Of a stretch of DNA of 64,000 nucleotides, positions 35,046-45,380 are shown piece after piece. This stretch comes from an uncultured Thiomicrospira sp. (GTDB taxonomy: Bacteria; Pseudomonadota; Gammaproteobacteria; CAKMZV01). The notes beneath the pieces were generated by a model, which was given only the letters and a program-made list of their open reading frames with translations, made no database searches and was not told the DNA's origin. Where the stretch lies: positions 1,568,001 to 1,632,000 of the forward strand of contig OZ239628.1 of the NCBI GenBank assembly GCA_965195345.1. The letters are read 5' to 3'. Numbering within the stretch: position 1 is the stretch's first letter; every line of letters begins with the position of its first letter. The position numbers and the translations under genes were made by a program.

Positions 35046-36194
35046 ATGCAGTCACTTGAAATAGCCAAAGAGTTGATCGCTCGCCCTTCTGTTTCACCCG
35101 ATGACAAAGGGTGTCAAGAATATTTAGCCAGCCTTCTTGAACCAATGGGATTTACCTGTCATCGACTGCAATACGGTGACGTCAGCAACTTGTGGGCAAC
35201 AAGAGGCAGTGGTGCTCCGTTAGTAACATACCTTGGTCATACAGATGTCGTTCCAAGTGGAGAAGATTCTCAATGGCACACCCCTCCTTTTGAACCACGT
35301 GTTATAGATGGCAAGCTATTCGGTAGAGGCAGTGCTGATATGAAAGGTTCGGTTGCTTGCTTTGTTAGTGCCTTGGAGAACTTCCTTGCCAAAAATGCAC
35401 AACACAAAGGAACCATTGGCTTTCTCATAACCAGCGATGAAGAGTCAATAGCCATTGACGGCATTAAACGCGTTGTCAACGATTATTTCAAAAAAAACAA
35501 TATTCAAATAGATCATTGTTTAGTTGGTGAACCAACGAGTGAGGAAGTATTGGGAGATACTATCAAAAATGGTCGACGTGGCTCTCTTGGTGCGAGGGTA
35601 ACTATTTTTGGCAAACAAGGACACATTGCCTACCCTCATTTTGCTCGCAACCCTATCCATCTTGCATCCCCACTGATTGAAGAGTTAACCACTAAAGTTT
35701 GGGACAAAGGAAACCAAGACTTTGAGCCCACTGGTTTTCAAATATCGAATATTAATGCAGGCACCGGTGCCACTAATGTTATTCCAGCACAGTTAAGTTT
35801 TAACATGAATTTTCGTTACAACACAGAGCATACCGATACCGAACTACGCACAACGGTGGAAAGAATGATGCAACGGCACGAACTTGAGTATCAAATCGAC
35901 TGGAAGTTATCTGGTGGACCATACATCTGTCCAACTGATGGCGCTTTGGTTCGAGCATGCAAAAAAACAGGTTTAAAAGTGTTTGGCAAAGAACCTGCCC
36001 TTTCTACTTCGGGTGGCATCTCAGATGGTCGGTTCATCGCTCCTACTGGCGCAGAAACCGTCGAATTTGGTGGTTTAAGCAAGACCATTCACCGCACCAA
36101 TGAGTGTATAGGGCTTGATGAAATTGAAGGACTAACACGCTCCTTTGAAATGATTTTGGAAGAGTTGCTTTGCCGAAACTCAATGACTGGATAA
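35046..36194 (+). CDS. dapE: Succinyl-diaminopimelate desuccinylase
   Basis: GHTDVVP, GRGSADMKG, SDEE, GRRGS, QGHIAYPH. Confidence 0.97.
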   Translation: MQSLEIAKELIARPSVSPDDKGCQEYLASLLEPMGFTCHRLQYGDVSNLWATRGSGAPLVTYLGHTDVVPSGEDSQWHTPPFEPRVIDGKLFGRGSADMKGSVACFVSALENFLAKNAQHKGTIGFLITSDEESIAIDGIKRVVNDYFKKNNIQIDHCLVGEPTSEEVLGDTIKNGRRGSLGARVTIFGKQGHIAYPHFARNPIHLASPLIEELTTKVWDKGNQDFEPTGFQISNINAGTGATNVIPAQLSFNMNFRYNTEHTDTELRTTVERMMQRHELEYQIDWKLSGGPYICPTDGALVRACKKTGLKVFGKEPALSTSGGISDGRFIAPTGAETVEFGGLSKTIHRTNECIGLDEIEGLTRSFEMILEELLCRNSMTG

Positions 36195-36988
36195 GTCACG
36201 CAAAATTAAAGCTCCAAGGCATTAGCAGTAATCCACACGTGGAATTGCAACTCATCATTGATAAACATTTGCAGTTATCATTCGTTGAGCAACTTGATGT
36301 CTTCGTTATTTCTCAACACCAACAACAACAACTTAATCGCGACATTGAGCGTCTCATAAAGGGCGAACCCATCGCTTATGTTGTTGGATTCGCTGAATTT
36401 TACGGCTTACAATTCAATGTAGAAAAAGAAGTCCTCATTCCACGTTCAGACACTGAAGCGCTGATTGAGTGGGTTTTAAGTAACACAGCGGTGACTTTTT
36501 CTGGATCAGTCCTCGATATGGGTTGTGGCAGTGGCGCCATTGCCATTAGTATTAAAAAGCATCGTTCTGCTGCGGAGGTTACCGCTATTGATGTAAATGA
36601 AAAAGCATTAGCTCTCACTCAAATAAATGCAAGGAAAAATCAAACAGAAATAGAATGCATAAAATCTAATTGGTTCAGTAATATTGATAAATCTTTTGAT
36701 TTAATCGTTTCAAATCCCCCCTATATCGCAGAAGACGACCCACATATACCCGCACTGCAATATGAACCTCGATCTGCCCTAATTGCCGACAATCAAGGGT
36801 ACACTGACATTGAGAAAATAACATCTTCCGCCAGAAAATACCTCTGTGACAAAGGCATGTTGATTATCGAGCATGGTCACAATCAAGCGAATCGGTGCAT
36901 GCAACTGTTAATTGACCATGGTTATAGTGAGATATACAATCACCCTGACTTGTCAGGTCGATCTCGATTCTGTACGGCTATACGTTAA
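36170..36988 (+). CDS. prmC: Release factor glutamine methyltransferase
   Basis: GEPIAY, LIPRSDTE, LDMGCGSGAI, SNPPY. Confidence 0.95.
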   Translation: MPKLNDWISHAKLKLQGISSNPHVELQLIIDKHLQLSFVEQLDVFVISQHQQQQLNRDIERLIKGEPIAYVVGFAEFYGLQFNVEKEVLIPRSDTEALIEWVLSNTAVTFSGSVLDMGCGSGAIAISIKKHRSAAEVTAIDVNEKALALTQINARKNQTEIECIKSNWFSNIDKSFDLIVSNPPYIAEDDPHIPALQYEPRSALIADNQGYTDIEKITSSARKYLCDKGMLIIEHGHNQANRCMQLLIDHGYSEIYNHPDLSGRSRFCTAIR

Positions 36989-36997
36989 AATATATTC

Positions 36998-37849
36998 ATG
37001 AAATTCGATAGTGCACAAAATTTTCTTGATTGGCAATTCAAAAACATAACCCTGTTGGGCATGTCAGGTGTCGGTAAAACGTACCAATCAGTAAACCTTG
37101 GTAAGCAAGGCTGGTATCACTATTCAACCGATTACCGTATTGGCAGCGCCTACATGAAAAAAGCAATCGAAGAGAGTGTCTTGAAGGATATTGTACTAAC
37201 TCCTGCATTACAACCCCTATTCGACAATCAAAACATCCGCGTATGTAGTGCGCTTACCATTGAAGATCTAAGCCCGCTGTCAAATTTTATCGGCAAACTT
37301 GGAAATCCTGAACTTGGTGGAATCAATTTCCCTGAATTTTTACGTCGCCAGCAGTTGCACTATCATTCAGAAGTTCAAGCCACACTGGATGCCAAACAAT
37401 TTGCAGAGCATGCAAAACAACAAAATTACACTGGTTTCATCAACGATGCCAGCGGCAGTTTGTGCGAAATAGTCGATAGTGGTATTTTTGAGAAAATGCA
37501 ACAATACACACTTATCCTTCACATTAAATCAAGTCAAGAAGATAAAACAGAATTAATTGAAAGAGCACAAGCCTATCCAAAGCCGATGTATTTCAACAAA
37601 GAATTCTTAGAGGAACAAATTCAAATCTTTATGCACGAGCGCAACCATGAATACGTTGCCTTAATCGACCCCTATGCTTTTGCGCAATGGATATTGCCGA
37701 AATTAGTTTACCACCGTGCTGAACTCTATCAATCGCTTGCTGACAATTACGGTTATACAGTAACATCTCAATCAATGAAAGCGGTGCGCACCCAACACGA
37801 TTTTATCAACCTCATTGCTCAAACAATAGAACAATCGCCATGCCTTTAG
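36998..37849 (+). CDS. P-loop ATPase/kinase-like protein, coupled to metA
   Basis: Walker A GMSGVGKT, HYSTDYRIG, PKPMY; overlaps the metA start. Confidence 0.75.
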   Translation: MKFDSAQNFLDWQFKNITLLGMSGVGKTYQSVNLGKQGWYHYSTDYRIGSAYMKKAIEESVLKDIVLTPALQPLFDNQNIRVCSALTIEDLSPLSNFIGKLGNPELGGINFPEFLRRQQLHYHSEVQATLDAKQFAEHAKQQNYTGFINDASGSLCEIVDSGIFEKMQQYTLILHIKSSQEDKTELIERAQAYPKPMYFNKEFLEEQIQIFMHERNHEYVALIDPYAFAQWILPKLVYHRAELYQSLADNYGYTVTSQSMKAVRTQHDFINLIAQTIEQSPCL

Positions 37850-38919
37850 TAGCATTAACCGACCTTCCTTCATTCGCCCATCTCAAACGAAAAGGTGAAT
37901 TGGTATTGCAACCCAACCAAGCGGTTAAACAGGATATTCGCGAGCAACATATAGGCTTATTGAACATGATGCCTGATGCTGCCCTTGAGGTAACTGAACG
38001 CCAATTCCTTAGTCTGATTGGACAGAGCAATGAAATTGTTCAATTTCATACACACCTGTTTACCATTCCTACACTTCCTCGCAACGATGAAGCCAAAAGG
38101 CACATTGCACAATATTATGAAACTTTCGATCAAATAAAAGAAACTGGATTGGATGCACTCATCATAAGCGGTGCTAATGTGACACGTGAAAACCTTACCG
38201 AGGAGCCTTTTTGGCAACCACTGGGTGAAGTAATTGACTGGGCGTATGATAATGTAACTTCCACCCTGTGCTCTTGCCTAGCAACGCACGCCGTTATGGA
38301 ACTTCGATACCAGCAAAAACGCAAACGACTCGACAGCAAATGCTGGGGTGTTTTTGATCACCACGTTACCGACCAAACACATCCTCTGGTACGCAACATC
38401 AATACACGCTTTCAGGTCCCCCATTCACGATTTAATGAAGTTAATTATCAGCAGTTTAAAGAAAATAAATTGAAAGTACTAGTTAAAAGTTCTCAAGCCG
38501 GTGTGCACATGGCTACCAGTCCAGATGGCTTTAGGTTGATTTTATTTCAAGGGCATCCTGAATACGACAACATTAGCCTACTAAAGGAATACAAACGAGA
38601 AATAATGCGCTACCAAAATAACGAGAGCACGGACTACCCACCCTTTCCAAGCAACTACTTTGACCTCCAATCGCAAGCTATTTTTCAAGAGTATCGTCAA
38701 CGCATGGAAAATGCACAAAAGGGGTACAACAAACACAACTCGCTGCCTGATTTTCCAGAAACAATCGTTGCAAAAAAAATCCACAATGCTTGGAGCGACA
38801 CTACCAAATCGATTTTTAGCAATTGGACTGGGCTGGTTTATCAACTAACCAACGTTGACCGTAGAATAGCCTTTATGGATGGCATTGATCCAAACGAACC
38901 TCTAAAAGATCTCTACTAG
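37840..38919 (+). CDS. metA: Homoserine O-acyltransferase (MetA family)
   Basis: IGLLNMMPDAAL..TERQF, catalytic C in CSCLA, PHSR, FQGHPEY. Confidence 0.93.
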   Translation: MPLVALTDLPSFAHLKRKGELVLQPNQAVKQDIREQHIGLLNMMPDAALEVTERQFLSLIGQSNEIVQFHTHLFTIPTLPRNDEAKRHIAQYYETFDQIKETGLDALIISGANVTRENLTEEPFWQPLGEVIDWAYDNVTSTLCSCLATHAVMELRYQQKRKRLDSKCWGVFDHHVTDQTHPLVRNINTRFQVPHSRFNEVNYQQFKENKLKVLVKSSQAGVHMATSPDGFRLILFQGHPEYDNISLLKEYKREIMRYQNNESTDYPPFPSNYFDLQSQAIFQEYRQRMENAQKGYNKHNSLPDFPETIVAKKIHNAWSDTTKSIFSNWTGLVYQLTNVDRRIAFMDGIDPNEPLKDLY

Positions 38920-38979
38920 CACTCTGATTAATCAGTGCGAAATGCCTGATCTATGCACAGAAAATTAGGTGTTTTAAAA

Positions 38980-40791
38980 TCAAATTTTATGCGTCTGTAG
39001 CCACGCTTCAAGCAAGCTGATATGCCACAGCTTAGACCCTTGAAGTCGCGTAAAGTTCTGTGAGTTTTCTGGGTCTTTGAGTAATTTATCTATATATTTT
39101 CGATTGAAAATTCCTCGCTCAATACATTGCTGAGAATGCAAAATATCGTTCATCCAATCGAGAAAAGAACCACGAACATTCTTTAATGCAGGCATCGGAA
39201 AGTAGCCTTTTTTGCGATAAATAAAATCTTTGCTAAAATACTTTTCAGCCATTACTTTTAATGGATTTTTGCCATTATTTTGTAATCGCCATGCTCCAGA
39301 AGTGCAAGCAGCGTATTCAACCAGTGAAGTATCAAGAAAAGGGACACGCGCTTCTAAAGAGAAACCCATCGTCATATTGTCAACACGCTTAACGGGATCA
39401 TCAACAATCAATGTTGTCATATCCAGCCCCAACACTCGATTGATAAAGTCGCCATGCCCATTGCCAAACTCACCGCCAAGCCGCTGATTGATCCAAGGGC
39501 TTACAGGGTCATCAGCCAACCACTCAGTGTTAAGCATTTGTTGCATTTCGCTCCATTCCCTGTCTACATAAAAGGGCGCAAACTTTTCAACCGCTTCCTT
39601 ATCAGGATTTTGATGATCAAACTGCATCATTTGAGGATACCAAAAATACCCACCAAATACCTCATCAGCTCCCTGCCCGCTCAACACCACTTTAACGTGT
39701 TGAGACACCTGTTCTGCCAACAAATAAAAAGCAATCGCATCCTGACCAAACATGGGTTCAGACATACACTCAATTGCTTCCCCTAACCGTTGTAATACTT
39801 GAGTATTTGGTATGTGTATACGCTGATGTTTGGAGTGATACGCAGAAACCACTTGATCGGAATAATAAAATTCATTCCCTTGTTCTTTTCCTATGTCTTC
39901 AAAACCAATGGAAAAGGTAAGCAACTCGGACATCTCCTGTCCTTGCTGCTTCAAATCCTGTCGAACCTCCTCGACCAATGAAACGATTAATGATGAATCT
40001 AATCCGCCTGAAAGCAAAACCCCGACTGGTACATCCGCTGCCATTAATCTTTTCTTCACCGCTTTTTTCAGCAAACTTTCTATTGACCCTTGCCAGTCTT
40101 TTTCGTCATTCTTCACAGCTGTTTCAAGTACCCAGTAAGGCTTGATTGTATGCTCGCCATTATTGTCAATACGCATGTAATGCGCTGGCGGGAGCTTCTT
40201 AACACCTTTAACAATTGTATCTGGAGCAGGCACCACTGCGTGCAAACTGTACATGAAATGCAAAGCATTCGAGTTGATGCTTTTGTCGATGCCTTCAGTT
40301 TTAATTAATGCGGGTAGTGTTGAAGCAAACCGTAATCGCTGTTGATTGATTGAATAGTATAAAGGCTTGATGCCAAACCGATCACGGCATAAGAAAGTAG
40401 TCCTCTCTCGAGGATCATAAATAGCAAAAGCAAACATCCCATCCAATTTCTTCAGCGCGTCCTCTCCCCAAACTTGCCAAGCACGTAATAATACTTCTGT
40501 GTCACTCGTAGAAGAGAAAGCAACGCCACGCAATTGCATTTCTTCGCGCAGCTCTTTGTAATTGTATATACAACCATTAAAGACCAACATCCAGTCGCCG
40601 TCAACCATCGGTTGAGCACCCGATTTTGTTAAATCTATAATTGATAGCCTACGATGTCCAAAAACAACACCACCACACGAATGCGTGCCATGGTCGTTGG
40701 GACCACGCTTTAGCATGTCTGCCTTCATCACTTCAATCGCCTGAAAATTAAGACGACCTACAAAACGGATTTCCCCACAAATGCCACACAT
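38980..40791 (-). CDS. Asparagine-synthase-family amidotransferase (N-acetylglutaminylglutamine amidotransferase-like)
   Basis: Ntn MCGICG, HRRLSIID, LLSGGLDSS, SGQGADEVFGGY, DDPVKRVDNMTM, GSKLW. Confidence 0.88.
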   Translation of the reverse strand: MCGICGEIRFVGRLNFQAIEVMKADMLKRGPNDHGTHSCGGVVFGHRRLSIIDLTKSGAQPMVDGDWMLVFNGCIYNYKELREEMQLRGVAFSSTSDTEVLLRAWQVWGEDALKKLDGMFAFAIYDPRERTTFLCRDRFGIKPLYYSINQQRLRFASTLPALIKTEGIDKSINSNALHFMYSLHAVVPAPDTIVKGVKKLPPAHYMRIDNNGEHTIKPYWVLETAVKNDEKDWQGSIESLLKKAVKKRLMAADVPVGVLLSGGLDSSLIVSLVEEVRQDLKQQGQEMSELLTFSIGFEDIGKEQGNEFYYSDQVVSAYHSKHQRIHIPNTQVLQRLGEAIECMSEPMFGQDAIAFYLLAEQVSQHVKVVLSGQGADEVFGGYFWYPQMMQFDHQNPDKEAVEKFAPFYVDREWSEMQQMLNTEWLADDPVSPWINQRLGGEFGNGHGDFINRVLGLDMTTLIVDDPVKRVDNMTMGFSLEARVPFLDTSLVEYAACTSGAWRLQNNGKNPLKVMAEKYFSKDFIYRKKGYFPMPALKNVRGSFLDWMNDILHSQQCIERGIFNRKYIDKLLKDPENSQNFTRLQGSKLWHISLLEAWLQTHKI

Positions 40792-40793
40792 AC

Positions 40794-41054
40794 TTAGCTT
40801 AACTTGCCTGATTTACGATACGTCACTTCATGCCAATTAGTTAAAATCTCACGTACTTTCTTTTCCCCTAATAGCTTACTCATATACAGTTTCACTTCGT
40901 CAATGGTCTCAAAGCTATCCTCTATATCTGCTTTGGAATTTGAAATATTCAGTTGAATAAGGTTATTCTCAAAAGAAAGTTTAACAATATAGTCGCTGTT
41001 TATGTATTTCAAGCAAACGGTTTCCCACTGCCCTTTGGGTTTTTCTGGAAACAT
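40794..41054 (-). CDS. Hypothetical protein (86 aa)
   Basis: Fills the gap between pgsA (1-bp overlap) and the amidotransferase (2-bp gap) exactly. Confidence 0.65.
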   Translation of the reverse strand: MFPEKPKGQWETVCLKYINSDYIVKLSFENNLIQLNISNSKADIEDSFETIDEVKLYMSKLLGEKKVREILTNWHEVTYRKSGKLS

Positions 41055-41608
41055 TATTTTTGACTAGCTGAGTATACAGCATACATATAACTAACCATTG
41101 ACCACAATGACAGAACAGTTGAAATAACAAGCAACACGTCCCCTATAAAACGAATGTCTATCCCTATAAAATCCCTTCCAAAAATCAATAACGACAGTGC
41201 CCAAAATTGCACGAATGTTTTAGACTTACCCCACCAAGATACTTGCAAAGATGATCGAACTTCAGTCGACGTTGCCCATTCTCTAAGGGCAGAAACAATT
41301 ATGTCCCGACCAATAATGAGTATAGCAGCGATTGAATACCACCAGTGATCATAGCTGCCCGCAATAGCAATTGCTGCAGAAGCAATAATCAATTTATCAG
41401 CTATTGGATCAAGAAATTGTCCCAGCTGAGAGGTTGCATTCCAACGTCGAGCAATAAAACCATCAATCCCATCGCTAACCCCGGCAACTACAAATGTAAT
41501 TAAAGCAAACCAATGCGCATTTTCCATACCTGAAAAATAAAAAAACAGCATCACCGGTATCAAAGCAATGCGAGAGAAAGTTATTAAATTAGGGAGGTAG
41601 CGTACCAT
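41054..41608 (-). CDS. pgsA: Phosphatidylglycerophosphate synthase
   Basis: PNLITFSR and the CDP-alcohol motif DGIDGFIARR...GQFLDPIADK. Confidence 0.95.
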   Translation of the reverse strand: MVRYLPNLITFSRIALIPVMLFFYFSGMENAHWFALITFVVAGVSDGIDGFIARRWNATSQLGQFLDPIADKLIIASAAIAIAGSYDHWWYSIAAILIIGRDIIVSALREWATSTEVRSSLQVSWWGKSKTFVQFWALSLLIFGRDFIGIDIRFIGDVLLVISTVLSLWSMVSYMYAVYSASQK

Positions 41609-41611
41609 GTG

Positions 41612-43648
41612 TTAAATCTGTAGACAGGAAATATCAGCCACACTTAAAAAATACTTTCGCACCTGAGCAAGCAGTGCAAAACGATTATTACGTCTACCCA
41701 TATCTTCCGTCATCACCATTACTTTTTCAAAAAACGCTGTGATGGGCTGTTCAAATTCAATCAACTCTTCAAAACGAGTATCATAATCAATAGTATTAGT
41801 TCCTTCATTAGCAAGCAGCAGATTGTACAACTCCTTTTCTTCAGATAACTCAAATAAATCAGCATTTATTGTCTGGACTTTCACATCAAAATCGACTTTA
41901 GCCAAAATATTAGCTATGCGCTTATTGGCATCACTCAAAACCTGTGCAGAAGGATTTTTTGTGAACCGTACTACTGCATTGAGTCGATTTTCAAAATCGA
42001 GCGGCTGATACACATTAATGCTTCTTACCGCCTGTATTGCTTGCGCTGCAATGCCTTGCTCAACAAAGTGATTGTTCAACCTCTCCATAAAAAATTCAAG
42101 AATGTTTTTTTCGAGACCGCTGTCGTATCGGTGCAAAATATTGAGTGTATTCACAATGAGTTGCTGCAAATCTATTGCCCACTTCCCTTCAAGGATGATA
42201 CGCAATACCGCAATCGCATGTCGACGCAATGCATAAGGGTCACTGGTTCCTGTTGGTGCTTTTCCAATAGCAAAAATGCCGCATATAGTATCCACTCGAT
42301 CTGCTAACGAAATAATCTGCGCCAACATCCCTTCAGGGATCGAGTCGCCCGAATATCTCGGATAATAGTGCTGTTCAATAGCATAAGCGATCTCATTACA
42401 ATAGCCATCATTTAAGGCATAATATTTCCCCATTACACCTTGAAGAGATGGGAATTCACCAACCATATCCGTCAATAAATCACATTTACACAGTTTAATT
42501 GCTTTAAATAAAAAGTCAGTATTAACATCAATCCCTTTTTGATCAGCAATCACACCTGCCGCAATTATTTCCATTCTTCCCAGTTTATCAGCTATGCTTC
42601 CTAATTCTTTTTCAAACAGCATTTTATGCAGCATAGAACTATTCGATTCAAGTTGCTGACTGCGATCCTTATTAAAGAAAAATTCCGCATCTTTGAGGCG
42701 CGGAACAATCACTCGTTCATTCCCTTCTTTAATCTTATTTGGATCATTGCTTTCGATATTCGCAACAGTGATAAAATGTGGCAATAAAGCGCCTTCTTTG
42801 TCCAGCAAATGGAAATACTTTTGATTACTTCGCATTGAAGTAATCAGGCATTCTTTAGGGATTTGTAAAAAATTTTCAGGAAAGTCACAAAGTATAGCCA
42901 CAGGCCACTCATTAAGAGCATTTACTTCATCGAGCAACTCTTCATCAATAACAACTGCACCATTAAGCGATTGCGTTTGCTTTTCAATTTGTTGCAAAAT
43001 GCTTTGTTTACGTTCTGCACTATTAACCATTACTTTTGCCGCATGTAAAGTTAACTTGTACTCCCCTGCAGAACGCAATAGTATCGGCTGCGGATGATGG
43101 AACCGATGCCCTCTAGTATGATTGGAACTCTGTACTCCTAATAATGTCGCGTCAACGACTGCATCATTGAGCATAAGCACTAACCAACGAACCGGTCTAG
43201 AAAAGGCAATATTCCCGCCGCCCCATCGCATCCGTTTAGGGATGGGTAATGTATCCAACAATCGCTGCAGCATGGGTTGAATACAGCTTTCAATATGCCG
43301 TCCTTCCTCTTTCTTATGTATGATGAAATGACTACCTTTATTTGACTCGGAACGTTCAAGATCGCTTGGTAATACATTCCATTTGCGCGCAAAGCCCTCA
43401 ATGGCTTGTACAGAAGCATCAACTTTTGGACCCTTAATTTCAACAGTATGTCCTTGTTGCTCCACCTGCAATCCACTTAGAAGAAAGCCTAATCTTCTTG
43501 GAGTGGCAAATATTTCTAACTGCAAAAAAGCAAAGCCTTGTTCAATCAGCTGCACTTGCATAGAATTAAAAACATGTTTCTCCATGCTTTTCAATGCCTT
43601 GGGTGGTAATTCTTCCACGCCCAACTCAAATAACAATTTATTAGTCAT
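41612..43648 (-). CDS. glyS: Glycine-tRNA ligase beta subunit
   Basis: ELGVEELPP, TPRRL, MRWG, EFPSLQG, DPYALRR. Confidence 0.97.
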   Translation of the reverse strand: MTNKLLFELGVEELPPKALKSMEKHVFNSMQVQLIEQGFAFLQLEIFATPRRLGFLLSGLQVEQQGHTVEIKGPKVDASVQAIEGFARKWNVLPSDLERSESNKGSHFIIHKKEEGRHIESCIQPMLQRLLDTLPIPKRMRWGGGNIAFSRPVRWLVLMLNDAVVDATLLGVQSSNHTRGHRFHHPQPILLRSAGEYKLTLHAAKVMVNSAERKQSILQQIEKQTQSLNGAVVIDEELLDEVNALNEWPVAILCDFPENFLQIPKECLITSMRSNQKYFHLLDKEGALLPHFITVANIESNDPNKIKEGNERVIVPRLKDAEFFFNKDRSQQLESNSSMLHKMLFEKELGSIADKLGRMEIIAAGVIADQKGIDVNTDFLFKAIKLCKCDLLTDMVGEFPSLQGVMGKYYALNDGYCNEIAYAIEQHYYPRYSGDSIPEGMLAQIISLADRVDTICGIFAIGKAPTGTSDPYALRRHAIAVLRIILEGKWAIDLQQLIVNTLNILHRYDSGLEKNILEFFMERLNNHFVEQGIAAQAIQAVRSINVYQPLDFENRLNAVVRFTKNPSAQVLSDANKRIANILAKVDFDVKVQTINADLFELSEEKELYNLLLANEGTNTIDYDTRFEELIEFEQPITAFFEKVMVMTEDMGRRNNRFALLAQVRKYFLSVADISCLQI

Positions 43649-43661
43649 CTATTGCAACCAA

Positions 43662-44603
43662 TCATTTCACTTTCTCAGCCGATTTGTCAGCCAATTGGTC
43701 ATTGAATTCCTTACATAAAGGAAACCCCATTTCTTGTCGCTTGTTGTAATAGGATTTAGCAACTTTTGCAGCCATGCGCCGTACTCTAAAAATGTAACGC
43801 TGTCTCTCTGTTACGCTGATTGCCTTACGCGCATCAAGCAAATTAAAAAAATGAGAAGCTTTAAGCACCTGTTCATAAGCAGGCAGTGGTAAATCGTTAT
43901 CCGCATCATCCAATAATTTCCCAACCATTTTTTCTGCTTCATCAAACTGCTGGAATAAGAAATCAACATTGGCGTAATCAAAATTGTAAATAGACTGCTC
44001 TATCTCATTTTGTTGATAAACATCTCCATACGTTATAGCTTGTCCCTGTGCATTTTCAGTCCATACCAAATCATACACATTCTCTACCCCTTGCAAATAC
44101 ATTGCAAGACGCTCAAGTCCGTAAGTAAGCTCGCCACTAACTGGCGCGCACTCGAGCCCACCAATTTGTTGAAAATAAGTAAATTGAGTAATTTCCATCC
44201 CATTGAGCCAAACTTCCCAACCCAGTCCCCATGCGCCAAGAGTGGGAGACTCCCAGTTATCTTCAACAAATCGTATATCGTGCACTAACGGATCTATCCC
44301 TACTACACTCAGCGAATCTAGAAATAGTTGCTGTATGTCATCTGGTGATGGTTTGAGGAGCACTTGATACTGAAAATAATGTTGTAATCGATTGGGATTT
44401 TCCCCGTAACGACCATCGCTCGGTCGTCTTGACGATTGCACATACGCGCATCTCCATGGTTCTGGACCTATAGAGCGCAAAAAAGTGGCAGGGTGAAAAG
44501 TTCCCGCTCCTACCTCCATATCGTAAGGCTGCAAGACAACACAGTTATGCTGTTGCCAGTAACTTGACAACATCTCAATAAGTTTTTGAAACGTTAATGT
44601 CAT
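43662..44603 (-). CDS. glyQ: Glycine-tRNA ligase alpha subunit
   Basis: [35 protein letters not shown]. Confidence 0.98.
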   Translation of the reverse strand: MTLTFQKLIEMLSSYWQQHNCVVLQPYDMEVGAGTFHPATFLRSIGPEPWRCAYVQSSRRPSDGRYGENPNRLQHYFQYQVLLKPSPDDIQQLFLDSLSVVGIDPLVHDIRFVEDNWESPTLGAWGLGWEVWLNGMEITQFTYFQQIGGLECAPVSGELTYGLERLAMYLQGVENVYDLVWTENAQGQAITYGDVYQQNEIEQSIYNFDYANVDFLFQQFDEAEKMVGKLLDDADNDLPLPAYEQVLKASHFFNLLDARKAISVTERQRYIFRVRRMAAKVAKSYYNKRQEMGFPLCKEFNDQLADKSAEKVK

Positions 44604-44676
44604 AAAAAGCAAAGAGTAGCAAGCATCAGTGAAACCTAATTAAGGTTATCTACCGAGAGAGAAGAAGCATGACTTT

Positions 44677-45093
44677 TTAATAAGCCGAAATTTTTTCAAG
44701 ACGCTCAATAACACGATCAACTCTCTGAACAATTTGCATTACTGAGTCAAACAATGTCGATTGAGATATTGTTGTCATTTTTTCAGCAGGAGAACCTTTC
44801 GTTTTATTCTGCTTATTTGTATTTTGACCGCTAATATATTTGCGAGCACCTTGAATAGTGAATCTTTTTACGTGCAATAAACTTCTTATGAGGGCAATAA
44901 TCTCAATATCTTCGCTACGATAGTAGCGACGCTGATTGCGTTTAAGAGGGCTTAACTGCGGAAATTCCTGTTCCCAATAACGCAATACATAAGGTTTAAC
45001 ACCACACGCCTCACTAGTCTCACCAATACTAAAATATCTTTTATTGGGTAATGAGGTCAAAATCTCCTGAACGTTCTTGACTTTGTGCTTCAT
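44677..45093 (-). CDS. MerR-family transcriptional regulator
   Basis: KRYFSIGE...VKPYVLRYWEQEF...RRYY; the usual neighbour of ihfA. Confidence 0.92.
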   Translation of the reverse strand: MKHKVKNVQEILTSLPNKRYFSIGETSEACGVKPYVLRYWEQEFPQLSPLKRNQRRYYRSEDIEIIALIRSLLHVKRFTIQGARKYISGQNTNKQNKTKGSPAEKMTTISQSTLFDSVMQIVQRVDRVIERLEKISAY

Positions 45094-45370
45094 TGATTCG
45101 ACTCCTTAATTTATTGCCTGCATGAAAACGCACGACCGTACGCGGTTTAATTGTTACTGACTCTCCTGTTTTAGGGTTGCGTCCAGGTCTCTCTCTTTTT
45201 CGGCGTAAGTTAAACACTCCAAAACCTGATAATTTAACAGAATCACCATCTTTTAATGCATGCGTAATTTCGTGAAAAAAACCATCGACAATAATTTTAG
45301 CATCACTGCGATTCAACCCCAGTCGAAAGCGCAACATCTCCGTTAAATTTGATCGTGTTATTGTATTCAT
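45041..45370 (-). CDS. ihfA: Integration host factor alpha
   Basis: VKLSGFGVF..R.K.ERPGRNPKTG; follows pheT. Confidence 0.95.
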   Translation of the reverse strand: MNTITRSNLTEMLRFRLGLNRSDAKIIVDGFFHEITHALKDGDSVKLSGFGVFNLRRKRERPGRNPKTGESVTIKPRTVVRFHAGNKLRSRINEAQSQERSGDFDLITQ

Positions 45371-45380
45371 AGTATGTCAA

